64,000 nucleotides of DNA from an uncultured Verrucomicrobiae bacterium (GTDB taxonomy: Bacteria; Verrucomicrobiota; Verrucomicrobiia; Opitutales; JABDGR01): NCBI GenBank assembly GCA_963765205.1, contig CAVXVB010000008.1, positions 32,001 through 96,000 on the forward strand, read 5' to 3'. The position numbers were made by a program, and so were the translations under genes. This document shows positions 21,179 to 31,318 of this stretch, piece by piece (position 1 is the first letter of the stretch; every line of letters begins with the position of its first letter). The notes beneath the pieces are model-generated. The model had not been told where the DNA came from, ran no database searches, and saw nothing but the letters and a program-made list of their open reading frames with translations.

Positions 21179-21892
21179 ATGCGCATCGTTGCTTGGAATC
21201 TCGGCCACCAAACCAAAGAGCGTCCGATTCGCGCTGGTTTTGCGGAGGTGATGGCGCAACTCGAACCGGATATTCTGACCTTAAACGAATATGTGCATGG
21301 CTCCTCTCGCACCGGCCTGCTCTCTTCACTAGCCAAGATCGGTCTGTGCCATTCCCTAGTTTCAACACAAAGTGGCTCGCATAACCAAGTGCTGATCGCT
21401 TCCCAAACCAGAATTATTCCCGGCAAGCTGAAGGCTCCGACAGTTAGCTTGGCCGATAACTCAAATTTCCTGCATATGCACTTACCGGATGAAAATCTGG
21501 ACGTGGTGGGTATGCGAGTTCCAGCCTATAAGGAAAATGAAAAAAAAGATGCTTATTGGCGGGAATTTGTGCAAATCGCGACACCTACCATCCATAAACG
21601 AATTGTTTTTATCGGCGACTTGAATGCCGATCCCACACATTTGCGTTATGTTGGCGCGCGGCATTTGAATCAGTTGGCCGAAGCCGGCTGGCAATTGCCG
21701 CCCCCTGAAGGCGACTGGAGCTATATGTCCAAAACCGGCGTCACCTCCCGGATAGACTATGCGCTGGTCAGCCCCCGGCTCGGCGTTACGGCAGCCCGCT
21801 ACGTAAGCGAAATCAGCCGCATAAAATTGGCTGGCTCCGACGAGACTGCCTTCTCTGATCATGCGGCATTGATCGTGGATGTTCAGATTTGA
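21179..21892 (+). CDS. Endonuclease/exonuclease/phosphatase (EEP) family protein
   Basis: MRIVAWN, DILTLNE, IGDLN, RIDY, SDH. Confidence 0.88.
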   Translation: MRIVAWNLGHQTKERPIRAGFAEVMAQLEPDILTLNEYVHGSSRTGLLSSLAKIGLCHSLVSTQSGSHNQVLIASQTRIIPGKLKAPTVSLADNSNFLHMHLPDENLDVVGMRVPAYKENEKKDAYWREFVQIATPTIHKRIVFIGDLNADPTHLRYVGARHLNQLAEAGWQLPPPEGDWSYMSKTGVTSRIDYALVSPRLGVTAARYVSEISRIKLAGSDETAFSDHAALIVDVQI

Positions 21893-21992
21893 CAAGCCAT
21901 CTATCTGAAAAATTCTCCTCTTTCGAAATTCGTTTATTTGCATCGCTTCATTTTTTTGACTGATAATTTCAAGCCCAATTACAAGGTGAAAT

Positions 21993-22340
21993 ATGAAGCT
22001 GCCCAATACCAGCATTGCCAGCATCCCAAGGGCCAAAGTGGTGGATTATTTGCTTTCGCCGGCCCATCATCGCGGAAAGAGTAAAGCGGCATTTTTTATG
22101 CAACATGGGTTTACCGCAGAGGAATGGACGGGGTTTGCTCAAGCCCTTCGACAACATGCGCTTGACCACGAAATCACCACCCAGGAATCGTCGCCTTTTG
22201 GTGCTCGCTTCGTGATTGACGGGACGCTACGTTCACCCAACGGAGAGACCTTGCATGTGCGGGCAGTTTGGTTTATAGATACTAGCATGGAAGTGCCACG
22301 ATTCGTCACCGCCTATCCACTCAAGCGCAAAAAAACATGA
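21993..22340 (+). CDS. DUF6883-like putative toxin
   Basis: KVVDYLLSPAH..GKSKAAFF...G and PRFVTAYP; overlaps the next gene (ATGA). Confidence 0.7.
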   Translation: MKLPNTSIASIPRAKVVDYLLSPAHHRGKSKAAFFMQHGFTAEEWTGFAQALRQHALDHEITTQESSPFGARFVIDGTLRSPNGETLHVRAVWFIDTSMEVPRFVTAYPLKRKKT

Positions 22341-22567
22341 TCCGGGAACTTGATGATGTTGTTCTGACCGCCGACCTGCCCGAAAAAAGGCTGGCCAAGG
22401 GCGATATTGGCACCGTTGTGCTTGTGCATAATCGCGGGGAGGGCTTCGAGGTCGAATTTGCCACGCTGGACGGCGAGACTGTGGCCGTCACGACGTTGCT
22501 GTGCAGCCAGGTTCGTCCGGTCAAGCGTCGCGAGATTGCCCACGCCCGGGAACTGGCCCCCGCGTAA
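22337..22567 (+). CDS. DUF4926-like small protein, putative antitoxin/immunity
   Basis: ELDDVVLTADLP...GDIGTVV...FEVEF...GET. Confidence 0.8.
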   Translation: MIRELDDVVLTADLPEKRLAKGDIGTVVLVHNRGEGFEVEFATLDGETVAVTTLLCSQVRPVKRREIAHARELAPA

Positions 22568-22588
22568 AATCGCCCGCAGTCACCTCGT

Positions 22589-22828
22589 TCAGGCCTGCAC
22601 TTCGTAGTGAAAGTCCTCGATGACGGGGTTGCTGAGCAGATCGCGCGAGAGTTTTTCGAGCGTGGCGCGGAATTCGGGCGAGTCGGGGCCGGGGGCGGAG
22701 AACTCAATGGTTTTGCCGACGCGCACCTGCTCGGCGGGCAGGCCCAGGCTGGCCATGGCGTGGCCGACCGCGTTGCCCTGCGGGTCGAGCAGGTTTTTCT
22801 TCGGGGTGACAAAGATGGTGACTTTCAT
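22589..22828 (-). CDS. purS: FGAM synthase subunit PurS
   Basis: LDPQG, VRVGK, LLSNPVIE. Confidence 0.95.
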   Translation of the reverse strand: MKVTIFVTPKKNLLDPQGNAVGHAMASLGLPAEQVRVGKTIEFSAPGPDSPEFRATLEKLSRDLLSNPVIEDFHYEVQA

Positions 22829-22884
22829 GATGGGGTATTTTTACCGGCGGGGAAACGCGCTGGCAAGGAAGAAGCGCGAGGCAA

Positions 22885-22949
22885 GTGTGAAGCGTGAAGT
22901 GTGGAACGTGAAGTTTGAACTCCACACTTCACACTCCACACTTCACACT
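22885..22949. repeat. Inverted heptamer tract (GTGTGAA)n / (TTCACAC)n
   Basis: GTGTGAAGCGTGAAGTGTGGAACGTGAAG ... CTCCACACTTCACACTCCACACTTCACAC. Confidence 0.75.
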
Positions 22950-22950
22950 A

Positions 22951-23919
<969 letters not shown>

Positions 23920-24016
23920 GGTGCCGCATCATTTCCGCGCCGCGCGCCGCGCGCAATATTTTCCTCGTTGCATCGCGCCGCGCGTCCGCTAAAAGAAAAT
24001 CTGCTTTGACTCACTC

Positions 24017-25381
24017 ATGACTGACGGCGACACCATTTCTTCCTCCGCGACCGCCTGGGGGCCGGACGAAGCAAGCGCACTTAAACCGGCGGACTTGCGC
24101 GGCATCCTGCGCTATGTCCCGCAGTTCCGCGACCATGTGTTTGTTTTGGCCGTGGACGGGAGCATTGTGGACGACGAAAATTTTCCGAACCTGCTAACGG
24201 ATATCGCGGTGCTGCGCAGCCTGCACATCCGCGTCGTGCTGGTGCATGGCATCGGGCGGCAGCTCAAGCGCCTCGCGGAACAGCGGCAGGCCGCCATCTC
24301 CGATGTCTATGGCGGCGGGCCGACGGACGCCGCGACGTTGAAGCTGGCGATCGAGACCTCCGCACAGGTCAGTCACCAAGTCATCGAGGGTCTCACGCAC
24401 GCGGGGCTGAAGTGCGCGCTGAGCAACGCGGTGCGCGCCGTGCCAGTGGGTATCGTGAAGGGCAAGGACCAGCTTTTCACCGGCAAGGTGGACAAGCTCG
24501 ACGTGGAGTTGATCCGGCAACTGCTCAACCTCGACATCGTGCCGGTATTCTCCGCGATTGGCTTCGACCGCGACGGGAATTCGCTGCGCATCAATTCCGA
24601 CCACTTGGCAAGCGAGCTGGCGATGCGGTTGGAGGCCTCGAAGCTGATTTTCCTCACACCACACGCGGGGTTGCTGCTGGGGGGCCAGGTCGAGGCGAAC
24701 ATCCCGCTCGAGCAGCTCGAAGCCATGCTGGAAAAGCACGCGGAGCAAATTGACGAGCGGCTGCGGAGCAAGGCGCTCTACGCCGTGCGCGCGCTCGAAT
24801 CCGGCAGCACGCCCCGCGCGCACATCCTCGACGGCCGCGTCTTCGGCGGGCTGCTGACCGAAATTTTCGACAAGGTCGGCGTGGGCACGATGATCCACGC
24901 CAACGATTACCAGCAAATCCGCCCCGCCCGCAAAAAGGACGCCCAGGCCATCTACAACATCACCCGCGCCGCGATCAAGACGGAGAAGCTGCGCCAGCGC
25001 ACGCGCGACCAGATCGAGCGCGACATTGACAATTACTACGTCTATGAAATTGACGGCAGCGTGATCGGCTGCGCCTGCCTGCTGCCCCTCGAGGGGACGG
25101 ACGCCGCCGAGCTGGCCTCCTTGTTCGTCACGCCGTTCTACCAGGGGCGCGGCGTCGGCCACAAGCTGGCGGAGTTTGCGTGCCTTGAGGCGCAGCGGCG
25201 CGGCCATGCGCGCGTACTGGCGCTCTCCACCCAGAGCTACTCGTTTTTCCGCGACGTGTGCGGATTCTCGGACGGCACGATTGAAGACTTGCCGGCGGCC
25301 AAGCAGGAGGACTACGCGAAAAACGGCCGCAACTCGCGCATCCTCGTCAAGCGCTTCGTGCCCGTGGCGAAGCAGCCGTGA
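24017..25381 (+). CDS. argA: Amino-acid N-acetyltransferase (N-acetylglutamate synthase)
   Basis: AAK domain (VLVHG) plus GNAT domain (ELASL, YQGRGVG, RNSRI). Confidence 0.92.
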   Translation: MTDGDTISSSATAWGPDEASALKPADLRGILRYVPQFRDHVFVLAVDGSIVDDENFPNLLTDIAVLRSLHIRVVLVHGIGRQLKRLAEQRQAAISDVYGGGPTDAATLKLAIETSAQVSHQVIEGLTHAGLKCALSNAVRAVPVGIVKGKDQLFTGKVDKLDVELIRQLLNLDIVPVFSAIGFDRDGNSLRINSDHLASELAMRLEASKLIFLTPHAGLLLGGQVEANIPLEQLEAMLEKHAEQIDERLRSKALYAVRALESGSTPRAHILDGRVFGGLLTEIFDKVGVGTMIHANDYQQIRPARKKDAQAIYNITRAAIKTEKLRQRTRDQIERDIDNYYVYEIDGSVIGCACLLPLEGTDAAELASLFVTPFYQGRGVGHKLAEFACLEAQRRGHARVLALSTQSYSFFRDVCGFSDGTIEDLPAAKQEDYAKNGRNSRILVKRFVPVAKQP

Positions 25382-25839
25382 GTGAAATCTCCTATCGGTG
25401 GGCCGTCCCCGGCGATATTGAAGCGCTGGTCAATTTGCGCCTGGAGTTTCTGGCGGAAGGCGGACAGGGTGGCGGCGAAGCAACGGGCTTGCCCCAGGCC
25501 GTCCGCGCTTATTTTTCGACGATGCTGCCGCGCGGCGATTTTGTGGCCGCGCTGGCCGAAGCGGACGGCATCATTGTCGGCGTCAGCGGAATGGTTTATG
25601 ACCGTCACCCACCCCGCCTGAAAAATCCCTCCGGCATCCAACCCTACATTATGAACGTATATGTGCGGTCGGCATACCGCGGCCGGGGCATCGCCACCGA
25701 GTTGCTAAAAATGCTGATCGGCAAAGCCCGGGCATCCGGCAGCAAATTAATCACGCTGCACTTCTGGCCGGGAAAAAGCGCGCTTTATGCCAAAGTGGGC
25801 TTCGTCCCCACGGAAGCCGAAATGAAACTCGAATTGTGA
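25378..25839 (+). CDS. GNAT acetyltransferase
   Basis: NVYVRSAYRGRGIA, LYAKVGF. Confidence 0.88.
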   Translation: MSEISYRWAVPGDIEALVNLRLEFLAEGGQGGGEATGLPQAVRAYFSTMLPRGDFVAALAEADGIIVGVSGMVYDRHPPRLKNPSGIQPYIMNVYVRSAYRGRGIATELLKMLIGKARASGSKLITLHFWPGKSALYAKVGFVPTEAEMKLEL

Positions 25840-25893
25840 TGATGCTAACCATTGTAATCACTGTCCTCCGAATTTCAATATCACTCGTTTTGG

Positions 25894-26183
25894 TTACATT
25901 TTTAATAGCAATACAACTAAAATTATAACCCAAGAAATTGAAAAAAAAGCGCCCGCTTGCTTTGTTTATCATTCCTCTTTATGGAAATTGCCGCGGCAAT
26001 GCATGTAAGAATAATACCTGAAACCATGCCTAAAACCATCGGAAAGATTATTCTCATCCCCAGCCAGTCATCCTCATCTTTGGGCTCCAGAAACGCAAAT
26101 AACAGACCGCTCCCTATTGTAATAATTGGGATCAACGCGGCTACCAGCCACCATTTGCTGGATCTTTGGATGGATTCTGCCAT
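25894..26183 (-). pseudogene. Small AT-rich 3-TM membrane protein, frameshifted in a T8 run
   Basis: MAESIQ... with two TM helices; adding one T at 25941-25948 yields a third helix LFFSISWVIILVVLLLKM followed by a stop. Confidence 0.55.
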
Positions 26184-26190
26184 AACTCCC

Positions 26191-27627
26191 TCATGCGTTT
26201 TGCACGAATTCTGTGACGATACCATCAAACGACCCATTGGTAAAGAAGACGGCGAGGCTCGGCTGGTGGTCCGGGTCGCGCGCGATTTCGAGCGCGGCGG
26301 CGAGCAATTCCGGATTCGTGTCGAAATGCCGGGCCTTGGCGAGGACGCCGGGGAGGTGCGCGACTTCCGAGTTAATCTCGGCGCAGACCGCATCCAAATC
26401 GAGCCGCTCCGCCTCCGGGGTTTTCTCGCCCCGGTAAATGGGGCCGATGAGGACGTGGTCGGCGGGCGCGAGCGCGGCGGGCAGCCCGCCCTGGAAGACG
26501 CGCGTGCGCGCGGTGTTGCTGCGCGGCTCGAAGCAGGCGAGCAGGCGACGGTCGGGATGGCGCTGGCGCAGGGCGGAGAGCGTCTCGCGGATGGCGGTGG
26601 GATGATGGCCGAAATCCTCGACGACCATGATGCTGGCGTCCTCCCGCAAAATTTCCTGGCGGCGGCGCACGCCTTGAAAAGACGCGAGCGCGGCGAGCGG
26701 CAGGCGCGCGGGGTTTTCGGGATCAAGCGCGAGGCCGACGGCGAGCGCGGCCATGGCGGCATTGCGCGCGTTGAACAGACCGGTGAGGCCCCACTGGACG
26801 GTCTGCCAGGGCTGGCCGCGCCAGGTGAGGTCGAAGCGCGCGCCGCTGTCGTCCTCGGCAAAATTCTCGATGCGCAGGTCGCACGCTTCTCCGGTGCCCA
26901 CGCGCACGAGGGTCGTCCACGGCGCAGGCGGCAGGGCGGCGATGTTGGGGTCGTCGCCATTGAGGAGCGCGAAGCCGTTGCGCGGCACAATTTTCAGCAA
27001 GTGGGCAAAAGTGCGCTGCACGTCGGCCAGGTCGCGGAAAATGTCGGCGTGGTCAAATTCGAGATTGTTGATGGTGACGAGCCAGGGGTAGTAGTGGATG
27101 AACTTGCTGCGTTTGTCGAAAAAGGCCGAGTCGTATTCGTCGCCTTCGATGACGAACGGCGTCTCCGGCCGGCCGGCCAGCGCGCCGCCGGGCAGGTCGC
27201 GCGGCACGCCGCCGATGAGCCAGCCGGCCTCGACGCCGACCGCGCGCAGTAAAAACGCCGCGAGCGTCGCGGTGGTCGTCTTGCCGTGCGTGCCGGTGAT
27301 GACGAGGTTGCGCCGCCAGCGCAGCATGATTTCGCCCAAAAAGGCGGGCAGCGAAACATAGGGCAGCGCGCGGGTGTCGAGCAGCCACTCCATTTCGTCG
27401 TGGCCGCGCGTAGTGACGTTGCCGACGATGACCAGTTCGGGCCGCAGGCTGAACAGCCGCTCGTGGTCGTAACCTTCGAAAATTTGAATGCCAGCTTCGC
27501 CCAACACACTGGACATGGGTGGATAAACGCCGGTGTCCGCACCGCACACGTCGTGGCCGAGTTCGCGCGCGAGCAGGGCGGCATGGCCCATGGCCGTCCC
27601 GCAGATTCCCATGAAATAGAGGCGCAT
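26191..27627 (-). CDS. mpl: Murein peptide ligase
   Basis: GICGTAMG, YPPMS, GTHGKTTT, EGDEYDSAFFDKRSKF, FDHADIF, DFGHHPTAI, EPRSNT. Confidence 0.93.
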   Translation of the reverse strand: MRLYFMGICGTAMGHAALLARELGHDVCGADTGVYPPMSSVLGEAGIQIFEGYDHERLFSLRPELVIVGNVTTRGHDEMEWLLDTRALPYVSLPAFLGEIMLRWRRNLVITGTHGKTTTATLAAFLLRAVGVEAGWLIGGVPRDLPGGALAGRPETPFVIEGDEYDSAFFDKRSKFIHYYPWLVTINNLEFDHADIFRDLADVQRTFAHLLKIVPRNGFALLNGDDPNIAALPPAPWTTLVRVGTGEACDLRIENFAEDDSGARFDLTWRGQPWQTVQWGLTGLFNARNAAMAALAVGLALDPENPARLPLAALASFQGVRRRQEILREDASIMVVEDFGHHPTAIRETLSALRQRHPDRRLLACFEPRSNTARTRVFQGGLPAALAPADHVLIGPIYRGEKTPEAERLDLDAVCAEINSEVAHLPGVLAKARHFDTNPELLAAALEIARDPDHQPSLAVFFTNGSFDGIVTEFVQNA

Positions 27628-27693
27628 AGCGGGATGTTGGGGGGCAGACTTTCCGGCACAAGACGGAAAACATTTTTATGCGAAAAGCATCGT

Positions 27694-28878
27694 TCACCGC
27701 CTAGTGGCGGCAAGTTCACTTAGGCGGCAAATGATGTCCGCCGGAGTGCGGTCGGGGCGGGCAGCGAGGACACGAGCGCGCTCGGCGGCGTGCGTGGCGG
27801 GGTCGGCCAGCCAGGCGCGGACAATGGCGGCGAAGTCGGCGGAATGTTTGAGGACGTGGCCGAAGCCGTGTTCGCGGCAAAACTTCACGGTGATCATTTC
27901 CTGGGGCATGATGCCGCCCAAGGTATTGAAGAGGATGGAGGTGCCACACAAAATCGCCTCGGTGGTGGTGCCGGTGCCGGGGCGGGCGACGACGACCGAA
28001 GTGACGCGCATCAATTGCGCCAAATGCGGCATTTTTTGCAGCGGCCGCACCGGTAATTCAGGATGGAGCTTGGCCCAGGCCTGCAATTCGGCCAAAGCCC
28101 GGGCATTGTCCCCACAAAGGGCGATGACTTGCGCCGGCGCGGGCAGCGGGCCTTGGGCGACCAGGGCGTCCAGCAGCGCGCGGTGGTTTTGGGCGCTGTT
28201 GGCGCCGGTGGCGAGCAACAGTGTGAAGCGGCCGGGGGCGAGGCCGATTTCCTCACGCAGAAACTTTTCGTTAGCAGCGGGGTCGGGCGGAGCCCAAAAC
28301 GCCGGATGGAGCAAAAATCCGCCTAGAAATATGCGTTCGCGGGCCTGGCCGAGCTGGTGGGCGAACTCGCAAACCTCGGGCACCGCGCCGATGAACAAAT
28401 CCGCCTTGGGATTGACCCAGTGTTTGCTGAAGCCGTAGCCGCCATGGAGTTCGGTGCAGTAAGTCGCGCACTTGGGCGGCGCGTCGGGCAACGCCGCCCG
28501 GGCGACGGCAAAGAAGCCGTGATTGAGGTGGTCGTGCGTGCTGACGATCAGGTCCGGCCGCGCCTGCCGGACTTTTTTGACATAGACGGCGCGGCCCATG
28601 ACGCCGCCTTCGCCGGATCCAGCGCAGAAATTACTAATTTCAAGGATATTGTAATAAATATGGTGCAGGCGCGGCCAATAGCGCTGGATGGCGTTGTAAA
28701 TGCCGACACCCAAGCGGTAAATGACGTGCGTTTCTTCGAGCGCCTGCTGTTGCTCGACGGCCCAAGGAGGCGTCGGGGCCACGCGGGCGGCCCAAGCCTG
28801 CAAGGCGCGCGCGCGCGCATCGTGGCCGCCGCCCGTGCTCGAGGTGAGCACCAAAACACGCAGGGGGTTCTCATTCAC
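27694..28878 (-). CDS. GT28 MGDG-synthase/UgtP-like diacylglycerol glycosyltransferase
   Basis: STGGGHDARA, IVSTH, CGDN, RPGTGTTTEA, PQE. Confidence 0.85.
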   Translation of the reverse strand: MNENPLRVLVLTSSTGGGHDARARALQAWAARVAPTPPWAVEQQQALEETHVIYRLGVGIYNAIQRYWPRLHHIYYNILEISNFCAGSGEGGVMGRAVYVKKVRQARPDLIVSTHDHLNHGFFAVARAALPDAPPKCATYCTELHGGYGFSKHWVNPKADLFIGAVPEVCEFAHQLGQARERIFLGGFLLHPAFWAPPDPAANEKFLREEIGLAPGRFTLLLATGANSAQNHRALLDALVAQGPLPAPAQVIALCGDNARALAELQAWAKLHPELPVRPLQKMPHLAQLMRVTSVVVARPGTGTTTEAILCGTSILFNTLGGIMPQEMITVKFCREHGFGHVLKHSADFAAIVRAWLADPATHAAERARVLAARPDRTPADIICRLSELAATRR

Positions 28879-29378
28879 GCGCAAACCTCCGGGCGGGTGG
28901 CCCCTGCGCCTTGGACCAGGCTGCGGCCGGGCCGGTTGAGCAGCCGGCGCACGCGCCAGCGTTCCGCGCGCGCCACGATGAAGCCCGCGCAGGCCGGCGC
29001 GCCGCAGCGGCAGGGATGACCGGGAAAAGCGGCCAGGCGATAGCCGTAATCGAAGGTCAATTCTTCGCCGACAGCAATCGCCCGCAGGGCGCGGAGACTG
29101 AGGTGGCTTTCAGCGGCCACGGCCTCGCAATTGGGATCGCAACTATGGTTGGCGAAGCGCGCCGCATTGTCCGGCTGGTCGCCGTCGAGGTCGTGGTCGG
29201 AATCCAGTTCGAAAATAAAAACATTGCCCTGCGCCCCGCGGCGGCGGGCGGACTCGGCCTTGGTGATGCGTTCGCCATGATAGCCGACGACCGGCGCACC
29301 GGCGGCGAGGTCTTGCACCGCGAACAATCCGCGCCCATGGATGTGCGAAAAGTCCACTCTATAAACAGGTGCGGTCAT
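28875..29378 (-). CDS. SET-domain protein-lysine methyltransferase with post-SET zinc site
   Basis: IHGRGLFA, RFANHSCDPNC, GEELTFDY, CRCGAPAC. Confidence 0.92.
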   Translation of the reverse strand: MTAPVYRVDFSHIHGRGLFAVQDLAAGAPVVGYHGERITKAESARRRGAQGNVFIFELDSDHDLDGDQPDNAARFANHSCDPNCEAVAAESHLSLRALRAIAVGEELTFDYGYRLAAFPGHPCRCGAPACAGFIVARAERWRVRRLLNRPGRSLVQGAGATRPEVCA

Positions 29379-29396
29379 TGAAGTCAAAAAGGCGGC

Positions 29397-30755
29397 CTAT
29401 AAATTGCGGTTGATGCCCTTCTCGGTCAGCGGCAGCCACTGGCCGCGGCGGAAGAGGGTGACTTGCCCGGTACTCGCGGAAACCACGATGGCCAGGCAAT
29501 CGGCGGCCAGCGAAATCGCGCAAGCGGCGGCGTGGCGCGAGCCGAGGCCGCTGGGGAGCTGGTGCGCGTAGTCGGGCGCATGGATGAGGCTACCGGCGGA
29601 GACCAGCACGCCGTCACCCCGGATGACGAAGGCGCCGTCGAGCGAGGAGAACTCCTTGACGGTTTCATCCATGAACGGGTTGAGAATGTTCCGATCCTCC
29701 TCCTTGTAGCCAAAAAAGGGATTGAGCACGAGCGGCTTGATGTAGGGCTGGATTTTTTCCGATTCGCCGAGCACGAAAAGGCAGCCGACGGGACGGCCTT
29801 CGCGCCCCTCGATGGCCAGTTCCGTGGCAACGCCAAGCACGCGTTCCAGCACCTCGGGTTTGACGGTCTCCGGCAGCATGTCGGTCTGGCGCGTGAAAAC
29901 CGACTGGAATTCGCGCTCGACATCCACGACCACGACCGTGTCAAACTGGTTGCTGGCGGGGATGCCACCGAGGCAGCAGAGGCGCTCGTCGTTGCGAATG
30001 ATGCCGCGGGTCAGGCCGATGAGCACGGCGCTGCGCAACTGGCCGAGACGGTTGTTGGAAAAGGACCGCACGGGAATGATGGCATCCGCCACGCCCGGAA
30101 GGTCGGCAACTTCATGCGCGGTTTGCGTGACGAGAATGGTCTTGAGCGCGCCGAACGCGTGGGTGAGGTCCACGCCGCCGGCAAATGTGTCGCCAAACAC
30201 CATGATGGTTGAGCAGCGGGCGCCGCGGGCGACTTTGGCAGCGACGTTCAGGATGAGGCGGTTGAACTTGCTCTCGTGCGAATCGGTGCGGCCCGCGCCG
30301 CCGCGGAAGACTTGTTTGACGATCTGCTGAAAGGTTTCAAGGTCCGGGGCTTCGGTGAGGCGGTCGAGCAGCGCGCGGTCCTCAATGACGCGGGCGAGGG
30401 AGGCGAGTACGGTGAGATAAGATTTTTCCTTCTCCCCGGCGAGCATCAGGAAAACCAGGCGCAAATTCTTGTAATCGCCGGCCCCGTTGAACTCCAGCCC
30501 GTGCGGGCAGCGCCCGACGACGAAGATGTAATTGAATTTCATCGGCACGCGCAAGTGCGGCAGGCCGACGCCGTGGCCGAGATAGGAGGTCATCGTGCGC
30601 TCGCGCTCGAGCAGTTCGGCGCGGAGCTGCTCGCGGGTGCGCTTGGCAAAAATCTGGACGGGCAGCGCATTCAGCAACTCGGCCAGCGCGGAGCCGAAAT
30701 CGCCGCTGCGCAAATCAAGAATGCGCGATTTGGCGAAATATCGGTCGAGACGCAT
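29397..30755 (-). CDS. PTS EIIA-domain-fused diadenylate cyclase (DisA_N/DAC, DacZ-like)
   Basis: N-terminal EIIA (RERTMTSYLGHGVGLPHLR); C-terminal DAC (EGREGRPVG, LDGAF, GLGSRHAAA, IVVSASTG). Confidence 0.88.
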   Translation of the reverse strand: MRLDRYFAKSRILDLRSGDFGSALAELLNALPVQIFAKRTREQLRAELLERERTMTSYLGHGVGLPHLRVPMKFNYIFVVGRCPHGLEFNGAGDYKNLRLVFLMLAGEKEKSYLTVLASLARVIEDRALLDRLTEAPDLETFQQIVKQVFRGGAGRTDSHESKFNRLILNVAAKVARGARCSTIMVFGDTFAGGVDLTHAFGALKTILVTQTAHEVADLPGVADAIIPVRSFSNNRLGQLRSAVLIGLTRGIIRNDERLCCLGGIPASNQFDTVVVVDVEREFQSVFTRQTDMLPETVKPEVLERVLGVATELAIEGREGRPVGCLFVLGESEKIQPYIKPLVLNPFFGYKEEDRNILNPFMDETVKEFSSLDGAFVIRGDGVLVSAGSLIHAPDYAHQLPSGLGSRHAAACAISLAADCLAIVVSASTGQVTLFRRGQWLPLTEKGINRNL

Positions 30756-30870
30756 GGCAGGTGGCGGGTGGAAAAAGGTTAAGCTAACGGGATGCGGTCA
30801 GACCGCACAATCCTATTGTTCCCGCAGACGACATATTCCGGCTGGGAGAGAATGACCGCGTTAAAATTTC

Positions 30871-31245
30871 TTAACGCTCCCAGTCAATGGCGCCTTTGCG
30901 CAACTCATACCCGAGGCCGAGCGCCAGCACTGCGGTGAAGAATAGTAAGGGAAGCACAATGGGCAGGTGCGCGGCGATGAATTCGCGGTAGATCAGCACG
31001 GCTGGCAGGAGAAAAACCACTTCGAGGTCGAAGATGATGAAAAGCATCGCGGTGACGTAGAATTTCACCGAGAAGCGCGGCTGCGGCTCGCCGATGGGGT
31101 CCATGCCGCACTCGTAGGCCGAGTCCTTGCGCGGGTAGGGCGCAGCGCGCTGGCCGAAGAGGCGGTTGCCAATTAAAATGGCCACCGCAATCCCCACGGC
31201 GAGCAGGAATTGAATCAAGACCGGAAGATAGGCTGGCAAATCCAT
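30871..31245 (-). CDS. nuoA: NADH-quinone oxidoreductase subunit A
   Basis: AYECGMDP, RFSVKFY, FIIFDLEVVFL, KGAIDW. Confidence 0.93.
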   Translation of the reverse strand: MDLPAYLPVLIQFLLAVGIAVAILIGNRLFGQRAAPYPRKDSAYECGMDPIGEPQPRFSVKFYVTAMLFIIFDLEVVFLLPAVLIYREFIAAHLPIVLPLLFFTAVLALGLGYELRKGAIDWER

Positions 31246-31318
31246 GGCCACCAGCAAACACGGCCGCGCGCGCGGTGGCAAGCCGGAAGGTGGACGGAAG
31301 CGCGTTTAAAAGAGCGGC

